From positions 40,238,001-40,302,000 of the forward strand of contig OZ336875.1 of assembly GCA_965287045.1 (NCBI GenBank): a stretch of DNA of 64,000 nucleotides, read 5' to 3'. This DNA comes from Carcharhinus amblyrhynchos (taxonomy: Eukaryota). Of this stretch, positions 53,030 to 64,000 are shown piece by piece (positions within the stretch are counted from its first letter, which is position 1; the number at the start of each line of letters is the position of its first letter). Below the pieces are notes generated by a model. That model saw only the letters and a list, made by a program, of their open reading frames with translations. It did no database searches and had not been told where the DNA came from. Made by a program: the position numbers and the translations under genes.

Positions 53030-54375
53030 TGACATTTCAGTTCAGTACTAACGGAGTGCTGCAATGTTGGAGATACCATCTTTCAGTTGACACATTGAAC
53101 TGGCAGATGCCTATTCATCTGAAAGTCACCTATGATATTATTAATGAAGATGTGGAGGTGCTAGCGTTGGACTGCGGTAAACACAGTAAGACGTCTCACA
53201 ACACCAGGTTAAAATCCACCAGGTTTATTTCGTAGCACAAGCCACTAGCTTTTGGAGTGCTGCTCCTTCATCAGATAAGTGGGAATTCTGTTCACAAACA
53301 GGGCATATAAAGACACAAACTCAATTTACAAAATAATGGTTGGAATGCGAGTTGTTATAGATAATCAAGTCTTAAATGTACAGACAATGTGTGGAGAGAG
53401 GGTTAAGCACAGGTTAAAGAGATATGTATTGTCTCCAGCCAGGACAGTTAGTGAGATTTTGCAAGCTCAGGCAAATTGTGGGGGTTACAGGTAGTGTGGC
53501 ATGAACCCAAGATCCCGGTTGAGGCTGTCCTCATGCGCGCAGAACTTGGCTATCAGTCTTTATTCAGTGACTCTGCATTGTCGTGTGTCATGAAGACCGC
53601 CCTGGAGAATGCTTACCTGAAGATCAAAGGTAAGAGTGATCTCTTCCTGTTGGGGAACACTTCAGCGGTCATGGGCATACGGCCTCTGATCTTCGGGTAA
53701 GCGTTCTCCAAGGCAGTCTTCATGACACACGACAATGCAGAGTCGCTGAGCAGAAACTGATAGCCAAGATCCGCACACATGAGGACGGTGTCAACCAGGA
53801 TCTTGGGTTCATCTCACACTATCTGTAACCCCATGACTTGCCTGGGGTTGCAAAATCTCACTAACTGTCCTGGCTGGAGACAACACATATCTCTTTAACC
53901 TATAAATAACCCTCTCTCCACTCACATTGTCTGTACCTTTAAGACTTGATTACCTGTAAAGACTTGCATTCCAACCATTATTTTGTAAATTGGATTTGTG
54001 TCTTTACATGCTGTGTTTGTGAACAGAACTCCCACTTACCTGCTGAAGGAGCAGTGCTCCAAAAGCTAGCAGCTTGTGCTACCAAATAAACCAGATGGCC
54101 TTTAACCTGGTGTTGTGAGACTTCTTAACTGTGGTTACCCCAGTCCAAAGCTGGCATCGCCACATCATCTTTGCAGTGGTCATTCTCAAACAGCTCACAA
54201 AGAATATAGTCATTTATCTCTTTGCTGTTTGTGGCACCATATTGTGGCCAAAAATGCTGCAGTGTGTTTTTGTAAGCTAATGGTAATTGCACCTCACAAT
54301 ATAATTCATCAGCTGTGAAGCAATTTGGAAACTTCTGAACCTGTGAAAGGCAATATGTAATTGAAAATTCCAAAG
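53030..54375 (+). mobile_element. Old DeuSINE split by the Penelope palindrome
   Basis: ggagtgctgcaatgttggagataccatctttcag before the insertion; ttgctgtttgtggc...gtgaaaggcaatatgtaa after it, matching the order in 1955-2363. Confidence 0.55.
53149..54166. mobile_element. Penelope-like retroelement as a 1-kb inverted (head-to-head) structure
   Basis: Inverted arms of about 480 bp (53149-53630 and 53683-54166). Frame 53643-53828 reads LPVGEHFSGHGHTASDLRVSVLQGSLHDTRQCRVAEQKLIAKIRTHEDGVNQDLGFISHYL*, a GIY-YIG endonuclease C-terminus. Each arm has a hammerhead-like motif. Confidence 0.88.
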
Positions 54376-54664
54376 CACTTTGCATTCAATGGTGGATCTT
54401 TTAAAGTGTAGCACTGTTATTTTTATGATCCCCATAGACCTGTGGTTAGAAGTAACAAATCCTCATGAAACCAATGGAAATAAAACTGATGGGCAAGATT
54501 TTATTTTTAAAAGGTTTACTTTAACAAATCAACTAAAATCAACATGGGTCAAACATTAATTAACAGGCAAATGCTTTGCAATTAGAAAGATAAGTTTCAC
54601 TTTCAATAATTGATTCAACAATAATAATCCTCAAATAGTTATAAGCATGACAATAGATCATAGG

Positions 54665-55142
54665 CCCATGGAAAGTATTCTTTCTGGTTGTATCATGGCT
54701 TGGTATGTCTCCTGCTCTGCCCAAGATTACAAGAAACTACAAAAGGTTGTGAATGTAGCTCAATCCATCACAAAAACCAACCTTTCATCCATTGACTCTG
54801 TCTACACTTCTAGTTGCCTCAGCAAAGCAGCCAGCATAAGTAAGGACCCTACGCACCTCAGACATTCTCTCTTCCAACTTCTGTCGGGAGAAAGGTATAG
54901 AAGTCTGAGGTCATGTACCAACCAACTCAAGAACAGCTTCTTCCCTGCTACCGTCAGACTTTTGACTGGACCTTCCTTGCATTAAGTTGATCTTCCTCTA
55001 CACCCTAGCTATGACTGTAACCCTCCATTCTGCACTCTCTCATTTCCTTCTCTATGAACAGTGCGCACTGGCTGTGTAGTGCGCAAGAAACAATACTTTT
55101 CACTGTATGCTAATACATGTGACAATAATAAATCAAATAAAA
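54665..55142 (+). mobile_element. Rex1/Babar LINE 3' fragment
   Basis: ESILSGCIMAWY...KLQKVV..AQSI...DPTH...LKNSFFPATVRLL; tail gtgacaataataaatcaaat. Confidence 0.88.
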
Positions 55143-55479
55143 ATCTCACATTAGTTTGCATGTAAATTTGGCACCATATGCAATCTCAGTCTTTCTAACT
55201 CAATCTCCATTAAATAGGCTCTCTCACCTCCCACTCAATCATTTTAGTCTCAAGTCACATTCATAGTAGCCATATTCCATCCAAGGTGCCAAGATATGGT
55301 TAACACCATCTACAAACCCTCTCTCACTTGGGCCACAACAGTCCTGATGCTACAGAACACCCAGAATCATGACAATGGATCATAGGCTAAATTGATGAAA
55401 ATGTTACTTGAATCAGCCAACTTAACAGCCACAACATTTCGCCATTTATCCTCATGGACAAGCCAAAGGCTAATTCATG

Positions 55480-55693
55480 TATTTTTTTTATTTTTAATTT
55501 TGGACTTTTCTACTCTGTGTGCATATGTGTTGTATTTTGTTATTTCCCACTCAGGTTTTAGTAACTAAAAAACTTGCTCTTTCTTTATCCACAAGGGAAG
55601 GGATCCTTTTCTAAATTAACCTTGTTGCGACCAGTTGGGGAAATGAATAAAGATAGGAAGCCGGCCCATCCTTCCTCATCCAGGAGCGTAACA
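55480..55693 (+). mobile_element. Possible LTR 3' end
   Basis: Ends in gtaaca followed by atttgggag (PBS-like); its reverse complement resembles the segment starting at 16234. Confidence 0.35.
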
Positions 55694-56089
55694 ATTTGGG
55701 AGTATCTCATCCAAAATCATATCAAATTGAGGATCTTGCCTTGGGATTAGCCAATATAGACTCCATTTGCTGATCCCTTTAAGTTGTATGGTGGACTCCG
55801 GTAACTCTGAAGGTAACAGTAGGTCCTAACCGGTCCACAATCTTTGCTCTTCCTTCCTTCAGCTCTGCCGTTTGTAACTGTATAACACACAATAACACAA
55901 GCTTTGCTCCATTTTCAGACAGCTGCTTCAACACCAGGATATGTTTCTGAACTGTCAAATAGGAAGTTGATCCATTCATAGAGTGCTTTGCTTGTTTCTA
56001 TTTATACATAAATTATATGTGTTCTGAACTGCCTGCCATCAGACAGACTGGAATACCACCAATTAGCTTTCTGTTTACTGTTTTGCTTC

Positions 56090-56830
56090 TTAGGAACGTA
56101 GGAACACAGAGGCATGAGTAGGATATTCAGCCATTGAGCCTGCTCTACCATTCAATATGACAATGGTTCATTGTCCACTTCAGTGCCTTTTCCCACACTA
56201 TCTCAATATCCTGCTGTCACTGGTATTTATAAATCTGTTAATTGTTTCTTGAAACATACTCAATGGCTGAACTCCCACAGTCCTCTGGGTTGGAGAATTC
56301 CAAAGGTTTGCAGTCCTTGGATTAAAAATGTCCAATGGCTTCCCCTTTACTTTGAAGTCTCCTGGTTCCACAACCAAGGGAAATATCTTGCCAACATCTA
56401 TCTTACATATCTCTTTAAGTTTGTTGTAGGTTTCAATGAGATCACTTCTAATTCTTCAAAACTGAGACCCAGTTTCCCAATCTTTCTTCACAGGACAGCT
56501 CTGTCACCCTGAAAACAAGCCTTCTGAATCTTTGTTGAACTCCCACTATGGTAATAATATCATTTCTAAGGTAAGGGGACCAAAACATGCACACACAGTA
56601 GTCCTAGTGCATCAAAACATTGCCACTCCTGTACACAAATCCTACTGCAATAAATGTTGACATACCATGAGCCTTTCTGATTGCTTGCTGTACCTGCATA
56701 CTTGCTTTCGGTGACTTATTGGCAAGGACACCAAAGTTAATTTATACATCAACACTTTCTAATCTCTTACCATTTAAGAAAATTAGCACATTGTCTCACC
56801 AAAGTAGACAACACTTCATTTTTCCATGTC
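56090..56830 (-). mobile_element. Old CR1 3' fragment
   Basis: gagcctgctctaccattcaata 3' UTR motif, agaattccaaaggtt and ggggaccaaaac (FWSP remnant). Confidence 0.7.
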
Positions 56831-57528
56831 ATACATACGCCATCATATTACAAATGTAAATCTGGCAATCAAATTGCATGCAGTACCATCCTGTGATCAG
56901 CAATGGAATGACCAGATAATCCATTTTCTAAGTGATTAATCAAATTGGTCAGGACTACATATAGATGTCCTATTCTGCTTCAGATTGTGTCATTCACCTG
57001 AGATGGCAGATCAGACTGTAATTGAACATCGTATTTGAAAAATCTCACTTCGTATAAAGAATTGAAACACCAGCCTGATAATGTAATCAAATTCCTAGAC
57101 GTGTTTGAACACATAATGTTCTGACTCAGGGCACAGAATGTTACCAACTGAGCCATAGTGACACAAAAATACCTTGAAGATCAACTGTGAAAGAAAGATT
57201 AAATTTTACAAGTGCAAATTGGCAACAACACCTGCTGACAGACAAGGTCCCATCACATTATCAAATGACACTGTGACCAGCATATTCTAATCCAGTAAAC
57301 CAGGTCTAACAGAGAAAATAGAGTGAGCTGGTTTTATATGTTGCTTGTGTACCAGTAAGCATATTCTTCACATTTTCTAAGAAGTTGCATTTAGTCTAGT
57401 TAAGCTGAAATTGTGTATGGCCCATTCTGTGCAGTTAATCAATGCAAATACATTTATCAATATTCTGTCAACAGACACTCAAACATTTTTGACTTAGTGG
57501 TTTTAAAAAAAGAAAGGCACTTTCTCAC

Positions 57529-57553
57529 CTTTTCACAGGAATCATTCCAACAT
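57529..57553 (-). CDS. USH1C: Harmonin micro-exon, about exon 6 (end of PDZ1)
   Basis: tttcag|ATGTTGGAATGATTCCTGTGAAAAG|gtgag; 25 bp. Encodes (x)VGMIPVK(S) versus human HIGLIPVKS; phase matches the 58-bp exon. Confidence 0.92.
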
Positions 57554-58934
57554 CTGAAAGAAACAAAAACATGATGAACAGTCCCTGAATGATCACCAGT
57601 AATGACTTCTTAAGCACTTAAACAGACATATTCGAACTAATAGAATATTCAGGACCTAATTCTCCAACTCTTCAGATGGGATGCCAGCTGGAAATCCACA
57701 TTCCTGAAGGGTGTGAAGGCTCTCGGGATTCAGCCAATCCACCTCACCATCCCCAATTGGGTTCCCACCCAGTGCAATTCGCATCCCGATAACTCTGCAA
57801 ATACTTTCATCTCCATGTCATTAATGGGACTGAACCCAAATGCAGCGGCCACATAATAGTCACCCACCCTCCCTATCAGCTATCCTGCAGGTGTAGCTTG
57901 GAGTTACTCTTGAAAAGTAGGGATCAGGAAGCGAGGCATCTAAGGGGGAGCTAGGAGGGAATGGTCATTTCTAAACATTTTGTCGTGCTTGGGGGGACAT
58001 GCATGACTCAATGGGGGCAACTGGGGTTTGAGTTGGAGGGAAGGGGGTTATCTCAAGGGAGGGTAGTGGCAGTTGGAGGGTTCCCCTGGGTCAGGGAGGA
58101 CTTGCCTGATCTCTTCAATTGACTCTTTGGAGTGTTACAGCTAACTCAATCCGTATCAGATTCAGGCACCTATATGTCAAGACTGTTGATTCCTCTGTGT
58201 CTGAACACAGATCTGACCTTCTGGTTCCTTGGGAACCATGCTCTGAGGACATCTGGACTCCTGTATATTTGTACCTGTTAACTTCTTTCAGTCTGGCATA
58301 GTCCTGTCCTCATGCAGAAACCCCCAACTCAGGCAAGTCCTGTCCCTCGCACACAAGTGTCACTGACCCAGGACCTCTCTCTCTTCAAACCTCACATGAG
58401 CGCTGTTCCCCGGGCACACCTCATGGAACTCCAGTCACAGTCCCACACCAGATGAGAGAGGGGAATTGGAAAGATGAGTGCACACAAGTGTCAGGCGCCC
58501 AGCAGCAGCTGAACAAAGTGCTGCCAGGTGACTAATATTACATAAATAGCCTCATCACCGAGACACACATGGGAAGCTCCATAAGGGATGATGCTTGCTG
58601 TCCCTACATTTCAGTTGCTCCCTCATGTCTCATCCTTATCCCACTGGATGACAGTAACACTCCCAGACTAGTCTCACCAAAGAATGCGATAGAAACTCAG
58701 ATTAGAACCACTGCCAGTATCACTCAGAGCAGCACAACCTCCCCCAAAGGTTCACATCTCTTACTGAAGGAAACCAATAGGTTTCACCACTTTCAGCACA
58801 TCCAAATGCATTCCTTAAGTGCTGTAAAGGGGGGGCTGATGGGGACAGGAGGCCATGAGGCAAGAAGTGAGGACAAGAGACAAATGCCTCATCATTCAAG
58901 CTGGATGGTGTGGACACCAGTTGCTGTAATGACT

Positions 58935-59850
58935 TGATTTCATTTGATTTATTGTTGTCACATGTATTAATATGCAGTGAAAAGTATTGTTTCTTGCATG
59001 CTATGCTGACAAAGCGTACCGTGAAGGAAAGGAGATAGTGCAGAATGCAATGTTACAGTCATAGCTAGGGTGCAGAGAAAGATCAATTTAATGCGTGGTA
59101 GGTTCATTCAAATGTCTGATGGCAGCAAGAAAGAAGCTATTCTTGAGTTGGTTGGTATGTGACCTCAGACTTTTGTACCTTTTTCCCAACAGAAGAAGGT
59201 GGAAGACAGTATGTCAGGGGTACGTGAAGTCCTTGATTATGCTGGTTGCTTTTCCGAGGCAGCGGGAAGCCTAAACAATGTCAATGGGTGGGAGGCTGGC
59301 TTTAGTGATGGACTGGGCTTCATTCACGACCCTTTGTAGGTTCTTGCGGTCTTGGACAGAGCAGGAGCCATATCAAGCTTGTGGTACAACCAGAAAGAAT
59401 GCTTTCTATGGTGCATCTGTAAAAGTTGGTGAGAGCTATAGCAGACATGCCAAATTTCCTTAGTCTCTTGAGAAAGTAGAGGCATGGGTGGGATTTCTTA
59501 ACTACAGCGCTGGCATGGAGAGGCCAGAACAGTTTGTTGGTGATCTGGACATCTAAAAATTTGAAGCTTGCAACTATTTCTACTGACTCATTGATGTAGG
59601 TTAGTATATATTTTCCACTACGCTTCCTGAAGTCGATGACTATCTCCTTTGTTTGTTGGCATTGAGGGAGAGATTATTGCATCATTGTTGCACCAGTTCA
59701 CCAGATTCTCCATCTCTTTCCTGTACTCTGTTTCATCATTGTTTGAGATCCAACCCACTACAGTGGTGTCATCGCCAAACTTGAAAATTGAGTTGGAGGA
59801 GAATTTGGCCATACAGTCATAGGTGTATAAGGAGTATAGTAAGGGGCTTC
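58935..59850 (-). mobile_element. Rex1/Babar LINE 3' fragment
   Basis: AKFSSNSIFKFGDDTTVVGWISNNDETEYRKE..NLVNWC; tail tttgattttattgttgtcac. Confidence 0.88.
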
Positions 59851-59880
59851 ACTCTGCAAGGTGGTGGGGTGGGGGGGAAC

Positions 59881-60230
59881 CTTGGGTTCATGTCACATGA
59901 CTTGCCTGGTCTCACTAACTGTCCTGTCTGGAGACAATACACATCTCTTTAATCTGTGCTTAATGCTTTCTCCACTCACATTATCTGTACCTTTAAGACT
60001 TGATTACCTGTAAAGACTCACATTCTAATCATTATTTTGTAAATTGAGTTGAGTCTTTATATGCCCTGTTTGTGAATGGAACTCGCACTCACCTGACGAA
60101 GACGAAGGGGCAGCAAGTGCTCCGAAAGCTGGTGGCTTTTGCTACCAAATAAACCTGTTGGGACTTTAACCTGGTGTTGTGACCCTTCTTACTGTGTTTA
60201 CCCTAGTCCAATGCGGTATCTCCACTTCAT
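59881..60230 (+). mobile_element. Penelope-like 3' fragment with a hammerhead-like motif
   Basis: Homologous to about 53800-54166; TCAC CTGACGA AGACGAA GGGGCA-gcaag-TGCTCC GAAAGCT at about 60089-60130. Confidence 0.85.
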
Positions 60231-61967
60231 AGAAAGACTTAACATGGGGCATGGAACAGGACCATCCACAGTGTGATGTAAAGGAGCACATGATCATATT
60301 CTCGAGGACAGTTTAGGGACAAGCATAATAGCAGCTCCTGACTTAGACTTAATTTGTATATATGTATATAGCTACAAGTAGTTAATAGGCACTTACTGCT
60401 CAACTCTACAAGACTCAGTGCCTCTTCATGAGACCTACTGATGCATACACAGACCCAGAAATTCCTCAGGGTGGCAATCAGTAATGCATTGTAATTATGT
60501 AACAACTTATGTTCGCTTGAAATCTAAAGTGCCTGTCTCACCCAACCTCCCTAACTGACGCAGCGTGAGACTGAAGCAGTTCAGGGGTTCCAGCAACAAA
60601 GTGTGAAAGGAAATGACAAACGAGGATGATCTAGTTGCTATAAAGCAGTTGAGTTTAAAGGAACTACTGAAAAGGAGAAGGTACATTTCGAAGATGAGTG
60701 AAGGGGATGTGGGGGTAGTTTCAGACATCTGCAGGGTGGTGATGAAGAGTAGATGGGGGGTGGGTGGTGTCAGGTCAGGGTCTGATTTGTCTGGTTTGGT
60801 CAGGCTGAGTCGGGTATTGGTATTTGGGTGGGGTGGAATTTGGGTTGGGATGGAATGGGAGGGCAAAGATCACGAGGTTTAAGGTTAAGCCCGATCAGAT
60901 CAAGGGGGAAGGGCTTTGGTTCAGCTTCGGTGCTTGGTTGGGAGGGAGGGAACGAGGGTGCGGTTTCCCCAGGGGAGGGCACGGGTGGGGTGGTGTCTTA
61001 TGCAGGACTTGGGTCTGGGTCTTTATAATAGTTACACTGAAGTTAGAAGTGTTTTTCCTCTTTCTAACTCTTTCACAGTTGCTATGAGTGTAAAACTGAC
61101 AGAACCATCCACAGTTAGTGATTTAAATCACTTTGTCAGTTGGTTCACAGCCCAATGCAATTGTGCAGGGGACGTTAGCTATTCTGGATGATATGCTAGA
61201 TACCCTTCTGTGTGAACTTCCAAGAGGGATTCCCCAGAACATCTTTGGGATACACCCCCCAAATCCTCTGCTGGGGATCCAGGAAGCTGTGGCCCATCTT
61301 TGTGGTTTAAAAATTTACAGCAGCTTTAAGCCAATAAATTAGAAATTGTTAACTCAGATCAAAATCTAGCAGGGGGAGCATTTAGTGAGAAAATACACAA
61401 GATAGAATGGGTAGAACAGTGTGAAATTTACATTTGCCCCTACTGGATAACATATGATAACAGCAGTTAACTTAGGGCTATTCAACAGTGATAGTGACCT
61501 AATAGCATGCTGGTTGGATTTCGTAAAATACTGCAACAACTATCAGAGTGACTCATAACGTCAGAGAAGTCTTGGAAGAAATTTAAAACCTTGAAAATTA
61601 TAACAGCAGCATTCCGAGCTGATGAAAAGCACCATAAATTATGGCGCAGAAGGAAATCACAGGAAAAAAGCTCCAAAGTAGGATTAGAAGCAGAAGGCAA
61701 AAATCAAACTCCACACTGTAGCAGAAGACTCTATCAATGCTCTAAGAGTGCAGAGTCAGAAAACTTACAGGGTGATCTAAAATAGCTGATGTTCTTGGCC
61801 AGATCATGCTTATAAATGTCTTTAAGCCAGCAGCTGTCAGGCTTACTGTTTTAATATGCACCACCAACAGCCAGAGTTGAAATCTGAACACGCGGCAGCC
61901 GAGCTCCCTCCGATTGAAAAAATAATCGGTAGCTAATAGCTCCGGCAAAAGCCAGCAATCAATGCAT

Positions 61968-62254
61968 GATGACACAGTGGGCAGCATCGCTACCTCACAG
62001 CGCATAGACCCGGATTCAATTCTGGCCTTGAGTGACTATCTGTGTGTGGAATTTGCACATTGTTCCCGTGTCTGCGTGGATTTTCTCTGGGTGCTCAGTT
62101 TTCCATCCACACTCCAAAGATGTGCAGGTCAGGTCGGGGGATTAGGATAAATACATGGGGTTACAACGATAGGGCCTGGGTAGGATTGCTGTGGGTATAG
62201 GCTTGATGGGCTGAATGGCCTCCTTCTGCACTGTAGGGATTCTTTGGTTCTATG
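61968..62254 (+). mobile_element. HE1-like V-SINE
   Basis: Head, V-domain and tail gggctgaatggcctccttctgcactgtagggattc. Confidence 0.88.
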
Positions 62255-62530
62255 AATGGTTTCATGACCCTAGAAATATTTAGATACTGCAGGGAAGACC
62301 AAAAATGGTCACTCCAGGGATCCACTTTTAAAAACTTGTGACTGCCATTACTGCAGGAGCCCACCAAAAATCAACAAGCACAGGGGACCTCATTAAGAAG
62401 AAGTGTACAGTAGTGCCATCTTGGATTTCTGAATAGTGTTTAAAGCCACATACACTTTTGATTTTAAATAACCATAGATCAAAAACCTATGTTCCCAGAT
62501 AACCTTGGATTCAGGTGAGGGTCAAATGTA

Positions 62531-62745
62531 ATGCAGCATTGGGCATCCTGGAGAAGAAAATGTTTAAATAACTGGAGTACATCAGAAAAAGCTCAAATTA
62601 ATACATTAGTATACTTGTTTCGTGAACTTGCTGATGAAGTACTCCTAATGCTATGTATTGATGAATTCTCAACCAGCTTTGACGAAATATCAAAAGCCTT
62701 TGAAAAATACTTCAACCTTCAAGTTGCGGAGTGTACAAAGCTTAA
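62531..62745 (+). pseudogene. Possible Gypsy gag N-terminal remnant
   Basis: WASWRRK...AQINTLVYLF.E.ADEVL...FDEISKAFEKYF resembles the W..W..RF...QV.TL.Y..G..A...F..YF gag pattern. Confidence 0.45.
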
Positions 62746-63304
62746 AAAAGAGGGATAGAGAAACCCCAGTAAGGCTGCAAAAGAGGAAAAGAAAATTGCC
62801 AAGCTAATCACACAATGGAGCCAGAAAGGCCAAATATTCCGGAGTTTTGAAAAATATATCTTTTTTTAAAATCCCAAAGTATTACATGAACTGCAGCAGC
62901 AGGTGGCAGTGCTGAACCACCTGACTATGACTGAAGGCAAAATAGTAGCGTTCCAAATTGCAGGTGGATTAAGAAAAGTTGGAAGCAAGATCAGAAAGTG
63001 TAACTCTGGAGCATATGACCAAGGAACGAGAAGGAAAAACATAGAAAATAAAGTGACTGAAATGGAAATCAAGAACCTAGAATAGGAAGAGAAAGTAGAA
63101 GTTTGTATAAAAGAGTGTGAATAGCCTCAGAAAAAATGGGCAGCAGTAATTACAGAATTTGAGTTTGAAGGATAAAGTAGAGGAATTATGCTTTACCAAG
63201 GAAAGAAAACTAATCAATGCAAAAAGCAGTTATCACATTGGAAAGATGAGATTAAAACCTTGTTGATAAGATGAGATAAGGAAATACAAAAAAAAATACA
63301 AACA

Positions 63305-63450
63305 TACAAATTAAGAGCAGGAGTAGACTTCTTGGCCCTTTACGCTTGCTCCACCATTCAATATGTTCATTCTAATCTAATTTTAACCACAACTTCACAC
63401 TCCTGCCTACCCCAATAACCTTTCACCCCATTGATATCTACCTCAGCCAA
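63305..63450 (-). mobile_element. CR1 3' UTR fragment
   Basis: gagcaggagtag...gctccaccattcaata...ccccaataacc. Confidence 0.7.
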
Positions 63451-63456
63451 CGTTTG

Positions 63457-63580
63457 ATGTGGAGATGCCGGCATTGGACTGGAGTGGGCACCAGTAAGAA
63501 GTCTCACAACACCAGGTTAAAGTCCAATAGGTTTAATTGGTATCACCAGCTTTCGGAGCACTGCTCCTTCATCACCTGAC
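63457..63580 (-). mobile_element. Penelope-derived terminal fragment with a hammerhead-like motif
   Basis: gatgtggagatgccggcattggact...gctttcggagcactgctccttcatca; minus strand reads gTGATGA A GGAGC-agt-GCTCC GAAAGCT G GTGA. Confidence 0.82.
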
Positions 63581-64000
63581 ATGAATCACCTAAATGATAA
63601 CCTTGTGGAAATAAATGCAAAAAAGATAGATCTTCAATTGAAACTTGATAAACTTTAAGAATCAAAAGTAGGCATTGTGGAGAATGCCTGAAGCAGGAGG
63701 AGGAATTGCTGATACATCAGAAAGGTTGCTTTAAAGCAGAATTAACAAGAAGATCTGATGAAATTCTTGAACTTTAGTCCAGGCTGAACAACATAAAGGA
63801 TGCAGTGCGCAAAATGGAAGAGCAAATCTGGACTTTGAAAGCAGATAAGCAAAATTCTACAAAACGGATTGAAGATTTATGCTTGAATTTTACTTGGGCC
63901 TGGAATGGGAGTGGGTGAGGCCCACAGAATGGCATTCTCTGCTGGCCTCAGATGGGATCTTACGAGCCTCAGGCGGATGAGGCAATAAAATTCCAGTACT

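Noticed and set aside
57640-58930. Possible Harbinger nuclease remnant
   Set aside because: Only vague motif hints; I could not establish a continuous reading frame or TIRs.
60239-60505. SRSHEEALSLV resembling PDZ1 helix B (possible exon 5)
   Set aside because: The surrounding VGDEIVRING and KKTVSIKV residues are missing and there are no convincing splice sites; exon 5 is probably outside the window.
15445-63580. CRISPR-like or prokaryotic system suggested by recurring palindromic motifs
   Set aside because: The motifs are dispersed retroelement termini rather than regularly spaced arrays, and the sequence is clearly vertebrate intronic DNA.

Overview
Eukaryotic, AT-rich vertebrate DNA, most likely from a shark, judging by its HE1-like V-SINEs, DeuSINEs and CR1 families. 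The whole window lies inside the USH1C (harmonin) gene on the minus strand. I located 12 GT-AG exons (equivalent to human exons 6-17) that join in frame and cover the end of PDZ1, PDZ2, coiled-coil 1, the isoform-a exon and the first two isoform-b exons. The introns hold a near full-length CR1 LINE, a cluster with two antisense CR1s nested in one host CR1, Rex1/Babar LINE fragments, ten V-SINEs, DeuSINEs, a Tigger fossil, a hAT MITE, small MITEs and LTR remnants. Three things stand out. (1) A Penelope-like retroelement family occurs at six loci, three of them palindromes of about 200 bp to 1 kb, carrying minimal hammerhead-ribozyme motifs with a palindromic helix III. (2) A CR1 appears to use a V-SINE as its own 3' end and has tandem TATA-containing 5' units. 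(3) Two 147-149 bp inverted copies of nearby sequence are each flanked by short direct repeats. Exon boundaries were read base by base. Repeat boundaries are approximate, and family names come from recalled consensus motifs, not database searches.
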